Positions 48,601-56,405 of a stretch of DNA of 64,000 nucleotides are shown here, in pieces. The notes under the pieces are model-generated. The model did no database searches, had not been told where the DNA came from, and was given only the letters and a program-made list of their open reading frames with translations. Source of the DNA: an uncultured Bacteroidales bacterium (GTDB taxonomy: Bacteria > Bacteroidota > Bacteroidia > Bacteroidales > WCHB1-69); assembly GCA_946413585.1 (NCBI GenBank), contig CAMKLG010000011.1, forward strand, positions 1,717-65,716, given 5' to 3'. Each line of letters starts with the position of its first letter. The stretch's first letter is position 1. Made by a program: the position numbers and the translations under genes.

Positions 48601-51600
48601 AGGTGGTCGGGATTACCGTCAGATGCATCACTACCGTACTGTCCGCACCTGTATGCGCCGTCAGGACAGCACTTTGGATGCCAGCGGCGGCGAAGGAAAC
48701 GCCGTTCCATTCGATGGGGAGCTGGCTTTCGCAGATTGTGGAGTCGGCTTCTGTGGTTACGTTATGGTGAACGACTACGTTCACCACAAGGAGACTGTCG
48801 CAGTTTTGGGCGTTGGTGAGGGTTTGGGTGTAGGCACCTTCTGAGGAATAGAGGCTGTCGTTGATGAGGAGCGGCAGGGCGTTCTCCACCACCGCCGTGT
48901 CAAGGGTGCCGTAGGTGGTCGGGATTACCGTCACGGTCATCAGCAACACGCTGTCTGCGCCGTTCGATGAAGTAAGGATTGCCGGCAGAGTACCTGCCTC
49001 TTCAAAAATCACTCCGTTCCATTCAAATGGCAGCGAGTTTTCGCAAATGGTGGTGTCTGCACTTGCAGACACATTCTCAATCACATTCAGAACCACAGTC
49101 AACACGCTGTCGCAGCCTGCGGCGTTGGTGAGATGCTGGAGGTATGTTCCAGCAGAGTCGTAATAATAACCGTTGAACTCGTAGGGTAGGTCATTCTGCA
49201 AAATCGTCAACGTGGTTGCATCCTCCGTCAACTCATTCACATACAGTCTCATCACAACCAAGCTGTCACATCCGTGCGAGGTCTGCAACTGGGCTGACTG
49301 TTCACCCGCATCCGAGAACGACACATCGTTCCAAACGATCGGAAGTGCGTTGCGGCATACCGTGCTGTCCACCGAAACCGTGTCGGAATGATGCACCGTC
49401 AAATGCATGGTCACCAAGCTGTCACAGCCATAGCTATTCGCCAACATCACATCATAATCTCCTGAAATGGTGTAGGTTGAATCATACCAGTCTTTCGCAT
49501 TACAAACCGTGTCATAGATATGGGTATGATGTATCGGTTTACTTGACACCAAGAGGTTCACCAGGCTGTCGCAACCGAATTCCGAAGCGAGCATGATCCG
49601 GTAGAAGCCGGTGTCAGCCAAAAGCGTGTCGTGATAGAGGTAGGGGTATTCGTTTTCGCAAACATAAATGGTGTCCATCACCTCATACGTGGGCATGATA
49701 ACCAATCGGAGCACTGTGGTGCTGTCGCAGCCGCCGACCGCCGTGCTGTGGTTGACAAACAGGTCGTTGCTATCAGAAATATTCGTCAACGTGAACCCGT
49801 ACCCGGTATATTCCGTTTCATTCACGCATATAGTGTCCGTAAGTTGTACAAAATTGTAGGGCTGAGGATAGACCATCTTGCATCCGCTTACCACTCCGCA
49901 ACCACCTGTGGCAGAGATACATATAGCAAACGAATCAGCGTAGGTGTCAAACAGCATGGTGATTTCGTATGGATTTTGCTGCTGAAGTACGATAATGCTG
50001 TCTGCAACCGTCCATTGCACATGCTGCAGGCCCGCCAGAGAATCCACCCTGTAGGTGTAACTACCTCCTTGACAAGGGTATAGCTCGCCATCTATCTCAG
50101 GCGGTGTATCTGTGTTCGGGGTCACCATCAGTTGGAGAATCACCAAACTGTCACACCCGTCTGCTGCCGTTCCTGCATGGATGGTATCCGTGTATAAACC
50201 TGTTTCTATTGGCGTGAAATTAAAACCGTAATCCTGATAGGAATTGCCCAGGCATATCGTATCCTCCACCACCAGGTGGTTCTCGCGCACATCCAGCTCC
50301 AGTATAAAGGTGCTGTCGCAATATTGCCCAGGCACGCTCACCGCACGGGTATAGGTGAAATGCCCGCTTTCGGAAGTTTCCACATCAAAGCCATGAGAAG
50401 TGTAATGATCTCCCTGGCAAACTGTATCATGGAATGTCAACGTAGGTCCTTCCACCACCTTCACCCGCGCATAGAGGTTGGAGCAGAACACCGTGCCGTT
50501 GCTGGTGATGTAGAGCGTGGCCGAAACCGTGTAGTGGCCAGCAGCAGTGTAATCGTGTACCGCCACCGACGCATTCTGCAACGGACTGCCGTCGCCGAAG
50601 TTCCACACCACACTGTCGCACGGATAGTTGACATACGTGCTGAACTCGATCGGCTCGTAAGGACAGAACTTCGTGTCGGGCGGCAGCTCGGTATTGAGGA
50701 TGCCGTTGACGAACAACTGCTCTTTGAGCGGCACCGCCTTGGAACCGGCAGCATAACCGTAAGATTCGTGGTACCCCAGACCGTAGCAGTGCGCGATGAA
50801 ACCGCCGTCGCAATGCAGCGTGTGAGTGCCGTTGTTAATATGCTTACGTACGAAGGCAAAGTCCGAGCTCCCGTTCAACAGGGCGAACTGGCCGCCGATA
50901 TTTACGCCGTCGAGCGTCACATCGCTAACAGCATCGGAGGGAACCACGATGTTGACGTAATGGTCGGAGATGCCCGGCGAGTTGAAAGTTGCGAAGGTGA
51001 TATTCGTGAGCATCTGCTCGGTAGGTGGAATCCAGACCATTGACGGGTCACTGCGCTCCTGCGAGTTGCCCTGCACAGCGCCTGCGATGTAGAGATAGAC
51101 GCCGGCAGGCTCGGAAGTTTCCAAATAGCAGGAACCGTCACCGCCTGTGAGCTGGAACTCGTGGGTTTGGTAGGCCTGCAACGTGGCAATATGCGTGCCG
51201 TTCTTCCGGATTTCGGTGTTGTTGCGCATCGCGGTCACTCGCACCACATCGAAATTCTGACTCTCGGTGGTGGTGATGGAGAAGGAGCGGCCCCAGTAGT
51301 TGGTCCCCACCGCCTGCTCCACCAGATGGTCGGTGTAGGAGTTGTTGGTGGGCACCAATGCGCAGACGTTGCCGTTGAAGACCGCCACGGGCTTGTTGCC
51401 GTGTGCGTGAATCACTGTGCCCGAAAGGTCACCCAAGACGCCGCCATACTGCGACATTCCCAAGTAGGTCTGCCCCTGCTGGAGCATCACCGAGTAGGTT
51501 TGCTGCGCGGGATGGCCGCCCTGTAATGCCCGAGAAGGCGTAATATCGACCCAAGTGCTGTCCTGGGTGGCCACAATCACGAACTCCGCGTTCATCATCG

Positions 51601-54600
51601 GGGTGTAGGTCTGCAAAATGTACTCGTTGGAGAGCGCATCCACGGGAAACACGTCAGTGACATCAAAGCTGCTGGTGTTGTAGTTGGCGGCATAAACCGA
51701 CACGGTGTCGGAGGTTTCCACCAGAAGTCCGTAATTGCCCACCACGCCTGCCTGTTGGCTATAAGCCTGCGCCAACGGCACGCTGACCGTGGTCACCGAA
51801 TGGTCGGCGACGGAGAAACTCACGCTCCAGCCTGTGCGCGGGTTGCTCACGGTGCCAGTACAAGCCTCCTCCGCCGAGATGTTCAGCGTGAGGGTGGGAT
51901 TATGGAAGTGGTTGCGCAAGTATGACAGCCAGAAGGTCTTGCCCATAGAGGCCGGAGCGCCCAACGAATCGGCCATCATCGAGGACGGCACCACCATCAC
52001 CGTCGCGGTATCGATACACTCGCCGCCGTTGCTGACGATGACGGCATATTCTGTGGGAATCAGTGGCGACACCTGCACGGCGTTGGTGTCTTCGTTGCTA
52101 TGCGTCCAATGATAGTGCATTGCACCGGGCGTGGCCGTTAAGTCAAAATAGTAGCCCTGACAGTTGTCTGACGGAACTTCAATGGCCGACAACGTCAGCT
52201 CAAAGTCGCTGAAGGAGAACTCGTAAGCACCCTGATCGACAATGCTCTCACAGGCGATACGTGGGTCGTCCTTGAGGTCCACCGGCCAAGTTGCCCACTG
52301 GTTGTCGCCCGCATCAATGGCTGGTGAAAGTTGCCGCAACGCGTAGTTATTCTGCTCATTGACAAAGACATCGGGCGTGTCTTCCAGCATATTATGGTCG
52401 CCGGAGAAATGTCCGCCCGCACTCATCGTATGGCCGGGGTTGTTGATGATAATATTGTTGTAGAGATAGAGGGTGTGGGTGGTATCGGTCTGATGCACCG
52501 GATAGCAGATGAAGGTGTCGGGGATGTCTTCGTACAGCTCAAACGCGCCGATTTCAATAGTGTCGGACATAATGCGCGGATGCTTGAAGAGGTCCACCGG
52601 CACTTCGCAGCAAGCATTGTTGCCCTGATTCACCGCGATGGAATTCTCCCGGGGCATATAATTCTCCCGATTGTGTTCGAACAACGTGTCATTATCCTCC
52701 AGGATATTATGCGTGGAAAGGGCGGACACATTCGCATTCAACGCCCAATCGCAGTTGTTGATGACGATATTGTTGCACAGATAGATTTCCGCCGTGTCGG
52801 CCGTCTGCAACACCGCGTAAACCGTATCCACTGTGAAGGTCTCGGTGTAAAACTCGAAGGCACCCACATCAATGGTGTCGTGGATGACACGGTCTTTGTC
52901 ACGAAAATCCAACGAAAGCGTGTTGCAGCTGTTGTCGCCCGCATCCACGGCGGGTGAGTGCGACCAAAGATTGAAGTTGAGGACAGCGTCGGCGAAGACC
53001 TGCACGCTGTCGGAGAGGATGTTGCTCGCCGGCACCGATTCGGCATTCACCATTGCCTCGTGCTCAGGATTATTGACAATGATGTTGTTGCAGAGCGTCA
53101 GGTTATGGCTGCCGACAACATGCACCGCATACGCAGGACCGAATGCCGCCGCATCGGGATCGAACTGCTCAAAGGCACCAATATCTATCGTTTCCGCGAA
53201 AATTCTGGGGCTCTTCGCCAAATCCACCGCCACCTCGTTGCAGCTGTTGTTCCCTCGGTTGACCGCCTGGGACTCGGGTCGGGGCATGTAATCATCGCGG
53301 TTGTCGGTGAATAGGCTGTCCTGATCCGTCAGAATATTGGAAGAGTCCGCTGCCACATTCGTGTTCGGGGAGAAGACGCTGTTGTTGATGATGATGTTGT
53401 TGCAGAGCGTGAGCGTGTCGGGCGTGGTCTGCACCACCGACGTGATGGCGTACCCGCCGTACCAGGTGCCGCCGCCCCCACCGGAGCCGCCTCCGCCGCC
53501 TCCGCCTCCTCCGGCACCACCACCGCCTCCGCCAGCCCAGGTCGAATCCTGAGGCTCACGCTCGGGAATCTCAAACGCACCGATGTCTATCGTGCCGTTC
53601 GTAATACGGGTCACCGTATCGATGTCCGTGGCCCAGCTGCTGCAGCTGTTGTCGCCCGCATCCACGGCCGGGGAGTGCTCTGTCGGCTTGAAGTTGAGCA
53701 CCGCGTCGCAGAAGAGCGCGATGCTGTCCGACAGGATATTGCTTTCGGGAACCTCCCCGATGTTGGTTTCCGCCTCGTGCTCGGGATTGTTCACGATGAT
53801 GTTGTTGCAAAGCAGAAGTGTATGGTGCTGAACCTGATGCACCGCGTACGCCGGCCCGAACACGCCCTCTTCCTCCTCTGCCAACTCGAAAGCACCCATC
53901 TCAATGGTGCCGCCCGAGATGCGCTCGTGTCCGTCCAAGTCCTTCTCCACAGAGTTGCACGCATTATTACCTGCGTTCACCGCCTCCGATTCGGGACGAG
54001 GCGTGTAATCATCTGTGTTGTCCGTAAACAACGTATCCACGTCTGTGACAATGTTATACGCCACATCCGCTACGTTGGTATTCTCCGAATAGACGCAATT
54101 GTTGATGATGATGTTGTTGCAGAGGCTCACCACCGCGTTGTCCTGAAACACCGTGTAAGCCTGCACGGTGACCGTATCGGTGTTGACCGTGAACTCGAAC
54201 GCACCCACATCGATGGCATTGCCCTGCACACGGGTATGGACGTCAATGTCCACGGGCAACGAAAGGCATCCGTTCGAACCCGCATCCACCGCCGGGGAGT
54301 GCGACCAAAGCCCGAAATGGATAATCGCATCCTGAAACACCTGCAGGCTGTCGGAAAGGATATTGTTGCTCGGCACAGCCGTCAGGTTCGTCATGGCCGT
54401 ATGCTCGGGATTGTTGACGATGATGTTGTTGCAGAGCACCAATTGTCCCGTTCCGGTTTGGTGCACCGCGTATTGCGGGGTTCTGGCCTCCACCGGGTAC
54501 TCGTAGGCACCCAAATCGACAGTCCCGTTCACCACGCGGGGATGGCCGTCCAGATCCTCCTGCCCGACAGCGCAACCGTTGTCACCCGCATCAATCGCGG

Positions 54601-54838
54601 GCGAATGGGTGGGCAGCCGGAAGTCGCCCTGCGAATCCACGAAGAGACCGCCGACCGCCTGCGTGAGGTTGAAGGCCGACAACGAGATGTTGACCTCGCC
54701 GTCCGCGTTGTTGACCACGATATTGTTGCACACCGACACCGCCGCGCTGTCCTCAATCAGCAGCCCGAAGCCCGTCTGGGCATTCGCCGCGATCAGACCG
54801 CACAACAGAATCACTATGCTAAATATCCGTTTCATCAA
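45692..54838 (-). CDS. 3048-aa T9SS surface protein: 8x choice-of-anchor-Q-like, IgGFc-binding-like, PKD, many GCDS repeats, SprB-like repeat, type B CTD
   Basis: Signal peptide; 8x CNNIIxNN...SPAVDAGxN...DxGAFE; GKTFWLSY...FVIVATQD; WNFGDG; PNAITP...DGLND...IYNRWG...KGSVTVL. Confidence 0.9.
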   Translation of the reverse strand: MMKRIFSIVILLCGLIAANAQTGFGLLIEDSAAVSVCNNIVVNNADGEVNISLSAFNLTQAVGGLFVDSQGDFRLPTHSPAIDAGDNGCAVGQEDLDGHPRVVNGTVDLGAYEYPVEARTPQYAVHQTGTGQLVLCNNIIVNNPEHTAMTNLTAVPSNNILSDSLQVFQDAIIHFGLWSHSPAVDAGSNGCLSLPVDIDVHTRVQGNAIDVGAFEFTVNTDTVTVQAYTVFQDNAVVSLCNNIIINNCVYSENTNVADVAYNIVTDVDTLFTDNTDDYTPRPESEAVNAGNNACNSVEKDLDGHERISGGTIEMGAFELAEEEEGVFGPAYAVHQVQHHTLLLCNNIIVNNPEHEAETNIGEVPESNILSDSIALFCDAVLNFKPTEHSPAVDAGDNSCSSWATDIDTVTRITNGTIDIGAFEIPEREPQDSTWAGGGGGGAGGGGGGGGGSGGGGGTWYGGYAITSVVQTTPDTLTLCNNIIINNSVFSPNTNVAADSSNILTDQDSLFTDNRDDYMPRPESQAVNRGNNSCNEVAVDLAKSPRIFAETIDIGAFEQFDPDAAAFGPAYAVHVVGSHNLTLCNNIIVNNPEHEAMVNAESVPASNILSDSVQVFADAVLNFNLWSHSPAVDAGDNSCNTLSLDFRDKDRVIHDTIDVGAFEFYTETFTVDTVYAVLQTADTAEIYLCNNIVINNCDWALNANVSALSTHNILEDNDTLFEHNRENYMPRENSIAVNQGNNACCEVPVDLFKHPRIMSDTIEIGAFELYEDIPDTFICYPVHQTDTTHTLYLYNNIIINNPGHTMSAGGHFSGDHNMLEDTPDVFVNEQNNYALRQLSPAIDAGDNQWATWPVDLKDDPRIACESIVDQGAYEFSFSDFELTLSAIEVPSDNCQGYYFDLTATPGAMHYHWTHSNEDTNAVQVSPLIPTEYAVIVSNGGECIDTATVMVVPSSMMADSLGAPASMGKTFWLSYLRNHFHNPTLTLNISAEEACTGTVSNPRTGWSVSFSVADHSVTTVSVPLAQAYSQQAGVVGNYGLLVETSDTVSVYAANYNTSSFDVTDVFPVDALSNEYILQTYTPMMNAEFVIVATQDSTWVDITPSRALQGGHPAQQTYSVMLQQGQTYLGMSQYGGVLGDLSGTVIHAHGNKPVAVFNGNVCALVPTNNSYTDHLVEQAVGTNYWGRSFSITTTESQNFDVVRVTAMRNNTEIRKNGTHIATLQAYQTHEFQLTGGDGSCYLETSEPAGVYLYIAGAVQGNSQERSDPSMVWIPPTEQMLTNITFATFNSPGISDHYVNIVVPSDAVSDVTLDGVNIGGQFALLNGSSDFAFVRKHINNGTHTLHCDGGFIAHCYGLGYHESYGYAAGSKAVPLKEQLFVNGILNTELPPDTKFCPYEPIEFSTYVNYPCDSVVWNFGDGSPLQNASVAVHDYTAAGHYTVSATLYITSNGTVFCSNLYARVKVVEGPTLTFHDTVCQGDHYTSHGFDVETSESGHFTYTRAVSVPGQYCDSTFILELDVRENHLVVEDTICLGNSYQDYGFNFTPIETGLYTDTIHAGTAADGCDSLVILQLMVTPNTDTPPEIDGELYPCQGGSYTYRVDSLAGLQHVQWTVADSIIVLQQQNPYEITMLFDTYADSFAICISATGGCGVVSGCKMVYPQPYNFVQLTDTICVNETEYTGYGFTLTNISDSNDLFVNHSTAVGGCDSTTVLRLVIMPTYEVMDTIYVCENEYPYLYHDTLLADTGFYRIMLASEFGCDSLVNLLVSSKPIHHTHIYDTVCNAKDWYDSTYTISGDYDVMLANSYGCDSLVTMHLTVHHSDTVSVDSTVCRNALPIVWNDVSFSDAGEQSAQLQTSHGCDSLVVMRLYVNELTEDATTLTILQNDLPYEFNGYYYDSAGTYLQHLTNAAGCDSVLTVVLNVIENVSASADTTICENSLPFEWNGVIFEEAGTLPAILTSSNGADSVLLMTVTVIPTTYGTLDTAVVENALPLLINDSLYSSEGAYTQTLTNAQNCDSLLVVNVVVHHNVTTEADSTICESQLPIEWNGVSFAAAGIQSAVLTAHTGADSTVVMHLTVIPTTYGILDTAVVENALPLLINDSLYSSEGAYTQTLTNAQNCDSLLVVNVVVHHNVTSETDSAICESQLPIEWNGVSFAAAGTKTAVLTAFTGADSTVVMHLTVLLTTYGTLDTAVVENALPLLINDSLYSSEGAYTQTLTNAQNCDSLLVVNVVVHHNVTSETDSAICESQLPIEWNGVSFAAAGTKTAVLTAFTGADSTVVMHLTVLLTTYGTLDTAVVENALPLLINDSLYSSEGAYTQTLTNAQNCDSLLVVNVVIHHNVTSEADSTICESQLPIEWNGVSFATAGTQTALLTASTGADSTVVMHLTVHYPSDSTLYLTIYERELPYALNADTYDSAGTYTQTLTNVAGCDSTLTVVLAVIPTVYASADSTICSSELPLIWNGVEFTAAGTQTATLQAANGTDSVLTMTLTVNAVTGTTLNAEIVQNNLPYVLNDSSYTATGTYYQHFTNAAGCDSTVTLNLTVYNNTTAQVYATACASALPYTWGGHVFEAAGTFVDSLLTDHGADSVVTYTLSVDEIAATIPNVTHVTCFSGSNGAATATVTGGMPNFAYAWTDAAGASVSTTTSISNQPAGNYTFSVTDAIGCVATATVTLNTLNDALQPGTIAENQVVCEGEQPLPFTGTAASGGDNGAYQWQVSTNGTDWTPAPGTNNTQSYTYPNIPTTAFSLRRAWVSQSCGTEYSNTVNITLWPNTMDTVTAAVCQNEAFEGFGFEVTADQTAVPGDYTFEQHHATGHCDSAVVLILTVNPLFETEVEDVVCEGEGYDDNGFSVVPIETVGEQQLTRVLTLQSAAGCDSVVTLRLRVIDTAVRIVSLTPDFCEDLSAELMVVTDMPNYVWSTGETAPTITVTHSGSYYVTASQGECSNTARFVIENCDDQLLLPNAITPSNHDGLNDYFSIPERNLLNINLFEIWIYNRWGELVYYTNDKNFRWNGEYRGTIQYQTVYNYVIRYTNAAGKPEFVKGSVTVL
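47690..48930 (-). repeat. 312-bp (104-aa) intragenic tandem repeat, about 4 copies
   Basis: LDTAVVENALPLLINDSLYSSEGAYTQTLTNAQNCDS occurs four times. Antisense ORFs at 47999 and 48311 are identical. Confidence 0.92.
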
Positions 54839-54845
54839 CTTTGTC

Positions 54846-56327
54846 CTAATTTTTCACACACCTGACAGAAAACCCTTTGTCGGAAGTCGTATAATTGCTG
54901 GAAAAGGCTGCATTGTCGTACGAGAGCGTCCAATAGACGCAATCGCTGTTGGAAGAGCCGTTCCGGGAGGTGGTCCAGAAGAAGCCCTGCGTGTAGAGCC
55001 CGTTGAAGGAGCCGTTATAGGAACCGGCGGGGCGGGCATCAAACAGGGTGATATTGTTGGCAGACAGGTCGTTACCCACCGCGCAGTTCACGTCGGAAGT
55101 CTGCCAGTACTCGTTGGCGGCAAGGGCCTTGGCCAAGTTGCTCGCCGACTGTCCGCAATAGTAGGCGTTGTCGGCTGCCAGCCAAGAGGCCAACTGCGAA
55201 AATTCCGTGGTCGAGGGAAGATGCCAGCCGTTGGGGCAGACCCCCTGCATCCCGCTGGGGGCATTGTCGGTGTAGTTGCTCTGGGTGCCGTGCCGCGCTG
55301 CCGCCACGTTGTAGAGCAGCCCGAAGGTCTCAGTCTCGGCGGCGGAGGTACCCGCGTTGTAGTAGCGAGGTTCCGAGGTAGAGATGGTCAGAGCGTTGGA
55401 AATAGCCGTCCCGTCGGCGAAGTGCGTCACGCGCAGGTTCTCGCGCATCCAGCACTGCTCGCCAATGAGCACGGTGGCATACACGTTGTTGTCGTAGTCG
55501 GTCACGGTGCCGCAGTTGAAACCGTAATTGCGGGTGATGGTGTTGTTGGTCACACTGCCGGAAGCCGCCGCGGCCCCATAGCCGTTGTCGGCGCGGTTGA
55601 AACAGACCACGCTGTTGAGCAGGATACCGTTGTTCTGCACATAGACTCCTCCACCCTTGGCCGGTTGGTCGTCCGCGATGCCGTGGGCCATGCAGAGGGT
55701 GATGACGCAGTGCGTCACCGTGCCGCCATCGACCAAAACCCCGCCGCCATGGACGGAGGACTTGCCGTGCCGCACGACACAGCCCTCCAGCCTTCCGCCT
55801 GTCTGCACTGTAGCCACGCGATGGGTCATCCCACCGTCGAGCACTGTGCAGCGCGACAGATTCGTCCACTGGCTGTTTGCGCCGGGAAGCTGCCGTTGCG
55901 TGGTGTCCATGCCCGTGCTGGTGGTCGCATACCCGCCCGTGACGGTCACGCCCTCAGGGATCACCAGCTCCGCAGCCTCCTCATACAGCCCCGCCATGAC
56001 ATAGACATGTGTACCTGCATTGGCAATGGCCAATGCCCCTGACACCGTACGCTTCGCCGTTTCCCACGAGAGCCCGTTGCCGCTGTCGTCCGTTGCAGCC
56101 GCCGACACAAAGACCTGTGCGTGAGCATGTGCGCAGAGGCACAGGAGGAGGACTGCAAGGACACGCAGGCTCCTACCCCATACTGCGTTTCGCTTGTATG
56201 GGGTTATTTGCACTCCGTGCGCCCCACACTGCGCCCCACACTGCGGCTTCGCCTTGTGTGGGGTTAATTGCACTCCGTGCGTATTGCCTCTTCGAGGCTG
56301 CTCAAGGTATATTGTTAGATTTAACAT
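54846..56327 (-). CDS. secreted truncated beta-helix (DUF1565-like start) + FISUMP protein A
   Basis: VFVS....GNGLSWETAK, GGGV.V repeats ending NNTITRN, then DYDNNVYATVLIGEQCWMRENLR...CPNGWHLPS...GFSVRCVK. Confidence 0.85.
   Translation of the reverse strand: MLNLTIYLEQPRRGNTHGVQLTPHKAKPQCGAQCGAHGVQITPYKRNAVWGRSLRVLAVLLLCLCAHAHAQVFVSAAATDDSGNGLSWETAKRTVSGALAIANAGTHVYVMAGLYEEAAELVIPEGVTVTGGYATTSTGMDTTQRQLPGANSQWTNLSRCTVLDGGMTHRVATVQTGGRLEGCVVRHGKSSVHGGGVLVDGGTVTHCVITLCMAHGIADDQPAKGGGVYVQNNGILLNSVVCFNRADNGYGAAAASGSVTNNTITRNYGFNCGTVTDYDNNVYATVLIGEQCWMRENLRVTHFADGTAISNALTISTSEPRYYNAGTSAAETETFGLLYNVAAARHGTQSNYTDNAPSGMQGVCPNGWHLPSTTEFSQLASWLAADNAYYCGQSASNLAKALAANEYWQTSDVNCAVGNDLSANNITLFDARPAGSYNGSFNGLYTQGFFWTTSRNGSSNSDCVYWTLSYDNAAFSSNYTTSDKGFSVRCVKN
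56176..56302 (-). repeat. REP-like palindromic cluster inside the 5' end of ORF 54846-56327
   Basis: Two 60-bp-spaced units CCCCAYAC...GTRTGGGG-TTAWTTGCACTCCGTGCG plus a GCCTC-TTC-GAGGC hairpin. Confidence 0.75.
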
Positions 56328-56374
56328 TCTTTATTTTTCATTCTGCATTCATATTTAGTTTTGTTTCTCCTTGT

Positions 56375-56397
56375 GACGCAAAATTTTGCGTCTCTAC
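56375..56397. repeat. GTAG-type REP palindrome
   Basis: GACGCAAAATTTTGCGTCTCTAC; sister copy at 59055. Confidence 0.8.
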
Positions 56398-56405
56398 CCC
56401 TCCTC

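Noticed and set aside
45779-56042. Long + strand ORFs (45779-47572, 53675-54865, 54579-56042) and similar antisense ORFs elsewhere
   Set aside because: These are shadows of GC3-rich coding sequence on the opposite strand, with no recognisable motifs.
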